A stretch of DNA of 64,000 bases from an uncultured Verrucomicrobiae bacterium (GTDB lineage Bacteria; Verrucomicrobiota; Verrucomicrobiia; Limisphaerales; JAFGQR01): the NCBI GenBank assembly GCA_963788655.1, contig CAWBHS010000059.1:1-64000 (forward strand). The letters are read 5' to 3'. The notes under the pieces were generated by a model. It saw nothing but the letters and a program-made list of their open reading frames with translations. It did no database searches and was not told the origin of the DNA. The position numbers and the translations under genes were made by a program. The stretch's first letter is position 1. Each line of letters begins with the position of its first letter. Positions 22,501-32,819 of this stretch are shown one piece after another.

Positions 22501-23535
22501 CGCCGCACGGCGACTCGCTGTTTCCAGAAGGCGGACACGCCGGAGCCGGGATTTCCGCCGGGCGGAATGGCGATCGTCGTTTACGAACACTCCGGCAACT
22601 ACTTCGCCCCGCTGCTGGTGTTCGCCGCGTCGTTGACCAACTGGACCCACGTCGCCGTGGTGTACCAAAACGGGCAACCGAGCCTTTATCTCAACGGCAA
22701 AATGGCGCACCAGGGATTGCCGAGCCAATACCAGGTCCATTCCGGCGTGGCGGCGGCGCAAGCCAGTCCCAGTGGCCCCTTCCAAGGGGAGAAAGGCGAG
22801 TTCCAGGAGTTCGACCGCGCGCTTACGGCGGACGCCATCGCCAAACTGGCCAAGACACCGCCAGCGTCTGCGACAGATTCGCCGCTGCCGATCATCGAAT
22901 TAACCCGCCGCGACAGTGGCGAGCTTGAGGCGATGGTATCAGCCACCGGATCCTATCGGCTGCGCACGGCGGACGGGCAAACGCATTCGTTCGAAGTGCC
23001 GGAACTGCCGGCACCGTTGGAAATCACCGGTCCGTGGCAGGTCCATTTCCCGGCGGATATGGACGTGCCGGAGCAGACGACCATTGCGCAACTGATGTCG
23101 TGGACCGACCACCCCAACGAAACCATCAAGTATTTCTCCGGCACCGCCACCTACATGCGCACCTTCGACTTGCCCGCCGACCGTTTGGGCGCAGGCCAAA
23201 TTGTTCTCCTGGACCTCGGCAGAGTCGAAGCGATGGCGGAAGTGCGCTTGAACGGCAAGCACCTTGGCACCTTCTGGAAGCCGCCGTTTGTGGTGGACAT
23301 CGCCGGTGCCGTGCGACCGGGAGCCAATGCACTGGAGGTCAAGGTATCCAACGTCTGGCTGAATCGCCTCATCGGCGACCAGAAATACCCGAACGGATTC
23401 CCCGGTGAAGACCACCTCCAATTCAAGCCCCACCTCGCCGCCGACGTTGGCATCCGCGCGGACAACCGGCCAGTTCCCTCCGGCCTCATCGGCCCGGTCA
23501 GAATCCTGACCACGCTGGAAATCCAAGTGCCTTGA
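19578..23535 (+). CDS. GH106 alpha-L-rhamnosidase-like protein with an inserted LamG-like domain; one frameshift near 22560
   Basis: KPWVYWYW..NISKEGITRDLE, GWSQSGGPW, DSYE, GEFW, SAEAFT, LDLGRV and PSGLIGPV. Confidence 0.9.
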
Positions 23536-23863
23536 ACTGGCAGCGAAACTGAATTCGGCAGTTGGCGTGGCTGCGGTCGTGAGAACGCGGCCGACTGCCG
23601 CCGTGAAACGCCGGTTCCGAGCGAAGGCAACTCGGTCGCTTTCCGGTGAGCACGGTTTTCCGAAATAGAATGAGCCTCCTCACGTCGGCTGCTACAGATC
23701 GGATGGCGTTTTAAAACAGGCTCTAAGAGCGATGCAATAGCCGTTAAGGATCGGCATTATTAGTTGGTGAAGGTTCGAGAATGTTTCGCATAGGGCCGAT
23801 CGGGAGAACGTTGCCAAGCCCCCATCGGCCTCAGCGGAGGTAGGCCCGCAAGAGCGGCCTGAG

Positions 23864-23892
23864 CTGATGAACGCCACGCGGGTGGGGACGAC
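23864..23892 (-). CRISPR. Solitary degenerate type I-E repeat
   Basis: GTCGTCCCCACCCGCGTGGCGTTCATCAG matches the array repeat at 23 of 29 positions, in the same orientation, 2.8 kb beyond the array end. Confidence 0.75.
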
Positions 23893-23944
23893 CGATGTAA
23901 AACGAGATATATGGATCAGGATTTTAGCACGGGGACGAAACCGT

Positions 23945-24200
23945 TCACTTGAAAATGGTGATCCGTAGGGTGAAGTCCTCCCCGTTACGCGACTTCCACA
24001 CAACGACAAAACTGACACCATCGGCAAAGGACCATTCCTCGCCGGCATGACGATAAAACAAGCCGGCGGCAGCGTGGAAGCGCTCCGGGCCGATCCATTC
24101 CAAGCGCAGGCTCTCGCTGCGCTCGATGGTATCGAGGAAATCGGTGGCGGCCGCGTGACTGTGTCGCACCAGCAATAATCCGTTGACGGGTGGTTCCTGA
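23945..24200 (-). pseudogene. VapC/PIN toxin C-terminal remnant
   Basis: FLDTIERSESLRLEWIGPERFHAAAGLFYRHAGEEWSFADGVSFVV resembles the PIN ..WSFTDCxSF segment. The N-terminus is degraded. Confidence 0.6.
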
Positions 24201-24585
24201 AGCGACCCGCTGGCTCAGGCAGGCGGCGATCACTTTGACACGACGCTGGGACGCATCGTGCCGGCACAAAACGTGCAAATTCTTCTTGCGGCTTTCCACC
24301 GAACACGCCCGCTGAGCGGCCACAAAGCCCAAGGGAAAAAAGGAAGTGACAATTACTCATACGGTCGCTATCCATTCGAAACCATGAGATGCATTTGCCA
24401 AAGCAGGGTGACTGTCGGGGAATTCGCCGAGCGCAAGGACGAGCAAGGCAATCCCAACGGAAAGGAGGACGATGACTGGCGATCCGACCCCGCCCGTGCT
24501 CCCCTCATCAGCCATCGGCCATTCACCGAAGGCGCGCCTCCACGAACTGTTTTGGAACGTGGCGAGTTGATCCCCTGTTGAAATC

Positions 24586-26404
24586 ATGTCCGCGGCCCAA
24601 CGCAAGCGAATCAAAAACCGCCGTGGCGAACGCTGGACGCCGGCCGAACTGAAACAACTCGGCAAAGTGCCCGACTCCGTCCTCGCCCGCCGCACGGGGC
24701 GCACCATCAAGGAAGTCGTGGCGGAGCGCGCACGCAAGCGCATCGCTTTGCCCACGCCGTCGCGCCGCTGGACGGCGCGCGAAATCCGGCTTCTGGGCCG
24801 CTTCAACGACGCCGAGGTTTCCCGGCGTCTGCGTCGGAGTTATGATGGAGTGCGCCGTCAGCGCCTCAATCTCCACATCCCATCCCTCCGCCCCTTGCGC
24901 TCAAAGCGGTGGACGCGACGGGAAGAGAAACTGCTCGGGTACCGCTCCCGATCGGGAACTGGCCGGGCGCCTCCAGCGCAGCGCCTCCTCAGTGCAGGCC
25001 CACCGCATCGCCCTCGGCCTCGGGAAATATCATCTGGAATCGCATCCTTGGACCGATGATGAAGAGAAGTTACTCGGAACGGCGCCTGATGCGGTAATCG
25101 CGGCTCGTCTCAGCCGCAAGCCGCCGGCGGTTTCTGCTCACCGTCGCCTGCTCGGAATTCCGGCCCTGCCGTTCCGGCCACCCAACGCCTGGACCCCTCA
25201 GGAAGAACGCTTGCTGGGGACGCGCAAAGACATCGAAGTCGCTCGTCAGTTGGGACGTCCCTTGGGCGGCGTCCGAGCCCGACGGCGCGCCCTCGGCCTC
25301 CCAAGCCCGGTTTTCCATGTCCCCATTCGCCGCTGGACCCCGGAGGAAGACGCGCTCCTCGGCCAAATGCGCGATGAACAAGTCGCGGCCCGCACCGGGC
25401 ATCCGTTGTCCGGCGTGAAGCAACGGCGCCTCGCCAAGCAGATTCCACTGGCCGTGCGCCAAAAACGCCCGTGGACCCCGGCCGAAGACAAGCTGTTGGG
25501 CACTGCGCCCGACCGCGAGATCGCGGCGCGCCTGAACCGGCCTGTCAAAAGCGTGCAAACCCGCCGCCAGCAAAAACGCCTCGCGCCCTTTGGCGCTCCC
25601 CGCCCATGGACTGACGAGGAAGAAGCTATGCTCGGCACGATGGACGACCGGCGCTTCGCCCGGAAATTCGGCCGCGCGCTCTCGGCGGTAAAAAAGCGGC
25701 GGATCAAACTGGGCAAGCCTGTTTTCCAATCCTCGCATCACTCGTGGACGGCGGAAGACGACAAACTCCTCGGCGTCCGGCCCGATGAAGAAGTTGCCAC
25801 GCTGCTCCACACCACCGTCAAGGGCGTGGTGCATCGCCGCCGGAAATTCAACGTGCCTCCCTGCGCCAAACAACTCCGTCAGGCACGGCTCGGACAAAGC
25901 CGATCCGGGCGCCATCGCCCCGCCGGCGGCCACGGCGGCCTCTACACCGCGGACGAGGAAAACCTGCTCGGCACCCTGCCGGACGAAGAACTGGCCCGCC
26001 GATGGGGGCGCACCACCGCTGCGGTCCAGTCCCGCCGCATCCAACTGGGCATTCCCAAGTGCGATCCCCAACTCCACCAATGGACCGCCGCCGAAGACGC
26101 CCTGCTCGGCACCCTGCCCGATCCGCAACTGGCCGCCCGCCTGGGCTTGACCATTAGTGCTGTGGCTCACCGCCGTCGCCGGCTGGGCATTCCGGTGCAA
26201 TTCGCCCACCGGCGGCCGTGGACGCCGGAAGAGGACGCGCTGTTGGGCACAGCCAGCGACACGGCCATTGCCGCGCGGTTGGGCCGTAAAGTCGAAGTCG
26301 TTTGCGTTCGCCGCCAAAAGCTGGGCATTCCCAACCATTATTGGCTGCACCGCACCGGCGGCCGGCAGCGCAACCTGCGTTCGGAGACCAAGCCAACTGT
26401 TTGA
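24586..26404 (+). CDS. Protein of 12 tandem Myb/HTH-like repeats of about 46 aa (about 600 aa); one frameshift near 24940
   Basis: Repeat consensus WTxEEDxLLGTxPDxxxAxRLGRxxxxVxxRRxxLGIP across ORFs 24586-25059 and 24842-26404. Confidence 0.85.
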
Positions 26405-26451
26405 CGGACCTGCGTGTTTACTTCAATCCTCAACCTCAACATTTAGAAACC

Positions 26452-26532
26452 ATGAATCGCATCTATCAAGGCCGGATAACGAACGTTCAACAACTTGAAC
26501 CTGGGACTTCTGGTAAGAGCCAGGCGACTTGA
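26452..26532 (+). pseudogene. Possible N-terminal remnant of a Cas12b (type V-B) effector
   Basis: MNRIYQGRITNV resembles the N-terminus I recall for the Opitutaceae-type Cas12b (..NRIYQGRV..). Only 26 codons remain. Confidence 0.5.
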
Positions 26533-26706
26533 ACACCATCTGCGTTGACCGCCTTCTTGGCTAACGCCTGCCGCACCTGGAAGAAAGCTGGATAAAGCCA
26601 GCAAAACGGCATCCTCCACTCAAGAAGCCAAGCGGCAACAAACGTCAGGCAGTTCCATCAATGGCCGGAATCGGAAGCTTTGCATCACGGCGGCCTCGCT
26701 TGACCT

Positions 26707-28941
26707 CGCGGGTGGGGACAACACGTTTGATGTCTTCGGCCTGCCGGCCAAGGGCGGACCATCCCCACGCGGGTGGGGACAACGCTGCTGTTGCCACGTT
26801 CTGCTGCGCAATTGCATGCGGACCATCCCCACGCGGGTGGGGACAACGATCACGGCTCAGGAGCGGACAATTGCCGCAGCGGACCATCCCCACGCGGGTG
26901 GGGACAACGTCGTCGTGATGTCGTCGGCGATGCCGTATCCGGACCATCCCCACGCGGGTGGGGACAACAATTCGAGGCTCGTCGCGATCAGCGCGATCAC
27001 CGGACCATCCCCACGCGGGTGGGGACAACGCACGCGTCGCGCCAGAGCCGTCGCCAGTATCCCGGACCATCCCCACGCGGGTGGGGACAACCCAGCATGT
27101 GCACGCCTTGATGGCGCAGAGTTCGGACCATCCCCACGCGGGTGGGGACAACTCGGTGACCTGGCAGAGCAGACTCATCGGCCGCGGACCATCCCCACGC
27201 GGGTGGGGACAACCGAATTATTCGCCGTGCAAGTAACGCGCCCAGACGGACCATCCCCACGCGGGTGGGGACAACGACACGCCTGAGCTTCCACGAGCCG
27301 TAGTCACCGGACCATCCCCACGCGGGTGGGGACAACTCGCCGATGGCCAACGCAGGTACACAGCCATCGGCATGACTCGGACCATCCCCACGCGGGTGGG
27401 GACAACGAGCTCAGATCGCGAATCCATGGTCACGATGGCGCGGACCATCCCCACGCGGGTGGGGACAACCGCAGCTCAGGCTAGAAGCTCATGTCGTGCA
27501 CGGACCATCCCCACGCGGGTGGGGACAACCCAGCGATTCGCCACGAATCCCGTCACGCGTGACGGACCATCCCCACGCGGGTGGGGACAACGCCACCAGC
27601 GCCGGCCACGGTGTTGCCCTGTAGCGGACCATCCCCACGCGGGTGGGGACAACGCCACGATGCCAAAGGGCATTACGATGTTCCACGGACCATCCCCACG
27701 CGGGTGGGGACAACGCAGCCTGGACGCGCGGGCAGCCGTCATGCCGACGGACCATCCCCACGCGGGTGGGGACAACATCCCAGTGCCGGCTCAGTCTGGC
27801 CAGGGAAGTGCGGACCATCCCCACGCGGGTGGGGACAACTCTGATCGACGTATCGCAGGAAGTTGGCGTACGCGGACCATCCCCACGCGGGTGGGGACAA
27901 CGCGGCGAATCTGTCAGCACCAACTGGATTCGGACCATCCCCACGCGGGTGGGGACAACATCAGCATGGTTGTCGCAGGGCATTCGAAGCCGGACCATCC
28001 CCACGCGGGTGGGGACAACTATCGTTGATTGAAGCTTTACAAACGATTGCTGCGGACCATCCCCACGCGGGTGGGGACAACTTAGCCACTCGACGCAGCA
28101 ACGCCTGCGCAACGACGGACCATCCCCACGCGGGTGGGGACAACCGTCCGCAGTCTGGCGCACGCTGATTGCCAGCGCGGACCATCCCCACGCGGGTGGG
28201 GACAACTGATGCGCATGCGTCTTGAACTGCCAGACAACGGACCATCCCCACGCGGGTGGGGACAACCGAGCTGGACGTTCGCATGACTCAGCATGTCGTC
28301 GGACCATCCCCACGCGGGTGGGGACAACGCGCCAGTAGGTTCCCGTTGACGCTCTGATACGCGGACCATCCCCACGCGGGTGGGGACAACCGATCCTGCA
28401 TCCGTGGTTCGCCAGTACCGTGCAACGCGGACCATCCCCACGCGGGTGGGGACAACTGATGCACATGATTCACATGCGCAGGCAACAACGGACCATCCCC
28501 ACGCGGGTGGGGACAACGCCGACTGCATCGTCAGCAACATGATGCAGGGCGGACCATCCCCACGCGGGTGGGGACAACCAGCTCGATCTCGTCAGCGTTC
28601 AGACGCATCTACGGACCATCCCCACGCGGGTGGGGACAACGATGGCATCGCTGACGCTAGAGCCATGCCAGCGGACCATCCCCACGCGGGTGGGGACAAC
28701 TGCCATCGAATCGCTCAGTGACGTCGCGCAATCGCGGACCATCCCCACGCGGGTGGGGACAACGTCAGACAGCTGCGCACTCGGCACAGATCACGGACCA
28801 TCCCCACGCGGGTGGGGACAACCGATCGAGCGCGCGCTCATGCTCAGCTAAGCGGACCATCCCCACGCGGGTGGGGACAACGCCGACGCCAGCGCCTCAG
28901 GTCGTACAAGCTCGGACCATCCCCACGCGGGTGGGGACAAC
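26707..28941 (-). CRISPR. Type I-E CRISPR array: 37 repeats (leader-distal one truncated) and 36 spacers
   Basis: 29-bp repeat GTTGTCCCCACCCGCGTGGGGATGGTCCG. Spacers are 29-41 nt, mostly 31-34. Confidence 0.99.
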
Positions 28942-28991
28942 AGTGGATTATCAACCAGTTAGAGATGGGATTTCGCGGTTCATGGGGTAAA
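28942..28991 (-). promoter_or_regulatory. CRISPR leader (short)
   Basis: Relatively AT-rich 50 bp between the cas2 stop and the first repeat. Confidence 0.6.
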
Positions 28992-29291
28992 TCAGAAGGG
29001 GCAGTTTTCGGGTTCGATCCATTTTTCGGCCACCAACCACAGACCGGAAAGCTCGGTGTCCCGTCGATGGGTTTCGCCGTAGGTTTCGATTTTGAAGCCC
29101 TGGCAATTGTTGTCACTGGAGACGATGAGCATGCCCAAACCTTCGGCATTGCGCTTGATGTAGGCGAGCGTTTTGTCCCGCGTACGCCGGTTCAGGGTAC
29201 CGACAAACACATTGGGACGTGGCTCAATAAACCAACGCTTGAGCATGCCGCGAATGGCATCCGGGGTATCATTGGCAACGATGACGGTCAC
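28992..29291 (-). CDS. cas2: Type I-E Cas2
   Basis: MTVIVAN..P..IRGMLKRWFIEPRPNVFVG..N.QGF. Confidence 0.95.
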   Translation of the reverse strand: MTVIVANDTPDAIRGMLKRWFIEPRPNVFVGTLNRRTRDKTLAYIKRNAEGLGMLIVSSDNNCQGFKIETYGETHRRDTELSGLWLVAEKWIEPENCPF

Positions 29292-29334
29292 GGGTTGGTT
29301 GGGGGTTGAGCGCTGAGCATTGCGGGTTCACGGT

Positions 29335-30183
29335 TCACGGTTTGGCCTCGGGGGCGAACAGGGCCTCGAGGTCTTTGGGCAGGCGGGCCAGGAGTTTTTC
29401 CTCTTCCACCCGCTGCTTGAGCAGTTTGCGGGTCAATTCACCGTCGTCATCCGGTTTTTGCCGAATGGCCTGGAACGCGGCGGGGATGCTGGTCAGGTGC
29501 TTGTAGAGGTCGGCCACGTCGTAAATGAACGGCAGCGTGCCCGCGTCGTGAACAAACCCGAGACTGGGCAGGTAGCCCAACGAACAGACCACCGCCGCGC
29601 AGAGCGCATAGAGACTGGCATTGGCGGCCGACAGGGCTTTGTTGATGCCGTCGGCAATGTCCCAATTGCTCTTGTTGTAATTGCGGCCTTTCCAGGTGAC
29701 GCCGTGCTTGAGGCCCATTTCGGCGTAAAGCGTCCGCACGCGCAAGCCTTCCATGCCGCGCAATTCCTTGATCGACCGGCTGGCCACGTCCACGTCCGGA
29801 AAACGCATCCGGAACATGCGCCGGGCCACCTCCGTGCGCCGCTTCTTGTCGGCCCACACACTGGCGTGATATCGGGGCATGTCGTTGTCGTGATTGGGCG
29901 CCAGCCCGAAGGCGTAGAACCGCATCACTTCCTCGCCGGTCCAGCAGACGGGCGTGTTGGAGTCGGCGCACGCTTTCATGGCGGCGTGGGTGACGGTAGT
30001 GCCGGGTCCCAGCAGGAGCGCGGACACCGTAGCCACCGGCAACCGGCAGAGCAACCCGTCGGCGCCAATCCATTTCACGCTGGAATCGTCCACCTCGATC
30101 CGGCCATGTTCGAGGTAAATCGGGGTCCAACGGTCGCGGGCCATGGCGAGCGTTTCGAGGGGTGGGCGTTCGAAGATGGGCAT
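29335..30183 (-). CDS. cas1: Type I-E Cas1
   Basis: YLEHGRI, LLLGPGTTVTHAA, LRGMEG, LGFVH and FIYDVADLYK. Confidence 0.97.
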   Translation of the reverse strand: MPIFERPPLETLAMARDRWTPIYLEHGRIEVDDSSVKWIGADGLLCRLPVATVSALLLGPGTTVTHAAMKACADSNTPVCWTGEEVMRFYAFGLAPNHDNDMPRYHASVWADKKRRTEVARRMFRMRFPDVDVASRSIKELRGMEGLRVRTLYAEMGLKHGVTWKGRNYNKSNWDIADGINKALSAANASLYALCAAVVCSLGYLPSLGFVHDAGTLPFIYDVADLYKHLTSIPAAFQAIRQKPDDDGELTRKLLKQRVEEEKLLARLPKDLEALFAPEAKP

Positions 30184-30236
30184 GGGAGGAAGAAAGGATG
30201 AATTATGAATTATGAGGGATGAAGTGCATGAGAACG

Positions 30237-30485
30237 TCAATGGCCGCCATACAGGATTGAATCGATGTCTCGAGGGCGAGTTTTACTTTTGGGGCTGGGG
30301 GTGGCGCGTTGGGCAATGGTGAAGAATGGATCGGCGGCGAGATCGCCCGAAGCGTTGCTGACCAGAGGTCCCAACTGCGCCGCCGGGTGCCCGCGGTACG
30401 AAAGGACAAAACACTCTCCGTCCGCAACGTGCCGAAGGATGCCTTTGGTGTTCTTCCGAATCTCGAGCAGGTTGATGGTCTTCAT
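30237..30485 (-). CDS. Phd/YefM-family antitoxin
   Basis: MKTINLLEIRKNTKGILRHVADGECFVLSYRGHPAAQL has the Phd-type pattern. Confidence 0.8.
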   Translation of the reverse strand: MKTINLLEIRKNTKGILRHVADGECFVLSYRGHPAAQLGPLVSNASGDLAADPFFTIAQRATPSPKSKTRPRDIDSILYGGH

Positions 30486-30752
30486 ACGGAGGAATCGTCA
30501 TCATAGACTACCGATTGCCGCCAGATTCCGTAGCGCAGGGTTGAAATTTGCCAGGTGCTACTCCATTCCAGGCAGGCTTGGGAGTTACGGACGGCTTGCC
30601 GAATGCAATTGGGCGATAAAGCAGATTGAAAATCTGCGCTACAGAAAAGTGTAGCGCCCGCCGCGTTTACGTCGCGCGAACTCACCGGCGAGGATACCTG
30701 CGCTGCGAACTCGCTGACGAAGTCCACCCTGTAGAATTGGATCATTTCGAGT

Positions 30753-31523
30753 TCAGCCTGATTGGGGGCGTTTGAGTTGAATGCGGCGCGGAGCGAACTC
30801 TCGTCCTACGGTGCCGCTGGAACGGCCATTGCCGAAACTCACTGGTTGGTCGTTGAACGTGGCTTGGACATCATCCAGTTGCTCGACTTCCACTTCCCGT
30901 TCGAATTGCGTCAAGGGGAGGACTGGCAGGCCCGCCTGCTTCAAGAGTTGCTCAAACACTGCGTTCATGCTGTCGCCCAGCACCGGGGCAATGGGGGAGG
31001 CCGGCAGGCAGCATTTACGTCCCAGCCAAATTCCCCAAATGGGATTGTGTAAGCCGGCGGCGATGGTTTCCAATGCGGGCTGGTTACCCTCCAGCAAAAC
31101 ACCGAAGCGAGCGTCCATCAGATATTCCCGCTCGGTCACCACGGCGTTTTCCTTCGGACCACCACTGGCCTTGCGGGGAATGAACTGGGCATGGGTCGTC
31201 TTGTCGTAACCGCCGCCAACAGTGTGGTAGTCCCTCAAACGTCGGCTGAGTCGCGGAACGTAAGCGGCTTCCGAACGCCGCGCACGGCTTCGCGGCAGCG
31301 AAACGCTGGTCAGCCGCAACGCCGCGATGGCGGCCAAGGTTTCCCGTTCGCGGGCCGAGCCTTTGGGCACTCCCAATGCCGCCGCCAGCAGACCGGCAAT
31401 GCCGCTTTTGCTGGGATGATGATTGGTGCCACGCCGTTGGAAGCGTGAGGCGGTGCCCCACGATTGCAATGGGCCATCAAGCAGGAAGCCGAGGCAGCCG
31501 TTAGCAGGATGTTCAGAGGACAT
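30753..31523 (-). CDS. cas5e: Type I-E Cas5 (CasD)
   Basis: LDGPLQSWG..PSKSGIAGLLAAALG, DYHTV and LGRKCC. Confidence 0.97.
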   Translation of the reverse strand: MSSEHPANGCLGFLLDGPLQSWGTASRFQRRGTNHHPSKSGIAGLLAAALGVPKGSARERETLAAIAALRLTSVSLPRSRARRSEAAYVPRLSRRLRDYHTVGGGYDKTTHAQFIPRKASGGPKENAVVTEREYLMDARFGVLLEGNQPALETIAAGLHNPIWGIWLGRKCCLPASPIAPVLGDSMNAVFEQLLKQAGLPVLPLTQFEREVEVEQLDDVQATFNDQPVSFGNGRSSGTVGREFAPRRIQLKRPQSG

Positions 31524-32541
31524 GGTTCACCAGTTCCTGGGTAAAGGTGTTGAGGTCGCTTTCGGGGATTTCCAGTTCCTTGACGGGCGCGAGGCTCCAG
31601 GTCTGCTTGAGCTGCGCATGGTGTTTCTTGACTCGGTCGATAGCTGCTTTTTCCCAGCCGCTGCGCGACCAGACCGGTTCTTCGAAGGCATTGATCAATT
31701 GCACCGGTTGGCCCTGATCTTTGTACAAGCCCAACACGTAACTGGGGAAGGTGTGGGCGTTCATCGAGTTCTTGCGAGCACCCGGCACGGCCATCAGCGT
31801 GGCCCGGATGAAGGCGTCCACGACTTTTTGCCGCTGTTCCTGAGTCAAACCGCCCAGGTGCTCGTCGTCGGCCAGCAAGCCGAGATTGAGCGCGGTATAA
31901 CGATAGTAAAGGGCAGACGTGAATTCCAGGGTGCCAATCATGCCGGCGCCGGCGTCTTCCGCGTCGCCCTTGCGATCATCCACGGCCGAAAAGAAATCGA
32001 TGTCGTTCTCAGCTTGGTGAACGGACAGGGCGTGACTGAACATGGCGGCGCCTTCGACGTTCAGCGTGGCGTCATTGGCGACCATGCGACCGAACAGGGC
32101 GATGTCAGCGGCATCCAATCGCGAGGCTTTGCGGCAAGCCTTTTTGGGGTCTTCGCCGCCGGCGACTGCGGTCGCGATTTGATCGATTTCGCCCGGTGAC
32201 AAATAGACGGCGGTCGTGACTTGCTCGGGATTTTTGCTATCGGGCTTGGAAAACTTCTCCAAGATTTCCGTGGCCTTGGCGGTTGCGACTTTTTCGTCCA
32301 AGCCTTTAGCTTTGAGTGCGGTGGTGAACGGCTCGAGCAGAATACGGCTGCGAATGCCGGCAAACAAAGGATCGGGCTCCAGTTCGCGGGCCAGCAGCCG
32401 CACGGCGCGCTTCAAACACTGGCTGGACAGACGGGCCCGATTGACGCCGCCGAACACGGCGCTTTTGGGCGCGCCAACGTCGTCACGGTTCAAGCAGGAG
32501 ACGGGGAAGGATTGGAGAATATGGAGTTCGATGAGTTTCAT
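31513..32541 (-). CDS. cas7e: Type I-E Cas7 (CasC/Cse4)
   Basis: IELHILQSFPVSCLNRDDVGAPK, SSQCLKR, DIALFGRM and DFFSAVDD. Confidence 0.97.
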   Translation of the reverse strand: MKLIELHILQSFPVSCLNRDDVGAPKSAVFGGVNRARLSSQCLKRAVRLLARELEPDPLFAGIRSRILLEPFTTALKAKGLDEKVATAKATEILEKFSKPDSKNPEQVTTAVYLSPGEIDQIATAVAGGEDPKKACRKASRLDAADIALFGRMVANDATLNVEGAAMFSHALSVHQAENDIDFFSAVDDRKGDAEDAGAGMIGTLEFTSALYYRYTALNLGLLADDEHLGGLTQEQRQKVVDAFIRATLMAVPGARKNSMNAHTFPSYVLGLYKDQGQPVQLINAFEEPVWSRSGWEKAAIDRVKKHHAQLKQTWSLAPVKELEIPESDLNTFTQELVNHVL

Positions 32542-32612
32542 GCGATTGGTTGGTGGTTATTAGTTAGGTGTTGAGAGTTGAAACATGCGAGGGGGAGCGA
32601 TAGCTTTTGCCC

Positions 32613-32819
32613 ATGAGCACGGTAAAAGAAATCGAAGCTGCCATTGAAAAACTGCCCCGCCAAGAATTGTGGCAGTTGAAGGCGCATTTGGACTGCCGCT
32701 GCGAAGCGGAATGGGACGCGCAAATTGAAGAGGATGCACGGCCGGACGGTCCGTTGGACAATCTAGCACAGGAAGCCATCGCTGAATTCAAGGCGGGCCG
32801 CTGCACTCCGTTGCCGTGA
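32613..32819 (+). CDS. Putative antitoxin
   Basis: MSTVKEIEAAIEKL...WDAQIEEDA...G.LD.LA..A; overlaps the toxin start (GTGA). Confidence 0.75.
   Translation: MSTVKEIEAAIEKLPRQELWQLKAHLDCRCEAEWDAQIEEDARPDGPLDNLAQEAIAEFKAGRCTPLP

Noticed and set aside
26723..28912. Self-targeting spacers
   Set aside because: I noticed no spacer match elsewhere in the window by eye; this was not an exhaustive search.
26620..28990. Many ORFs across the CRISPR array
   Set aside because: Artefacts of translating the repeats.
32560..32572. GTTAGGT upstream of the TA pair as an integron cassette boundary
   Set aside because: There is no inverse core or attC after the toxin gene.
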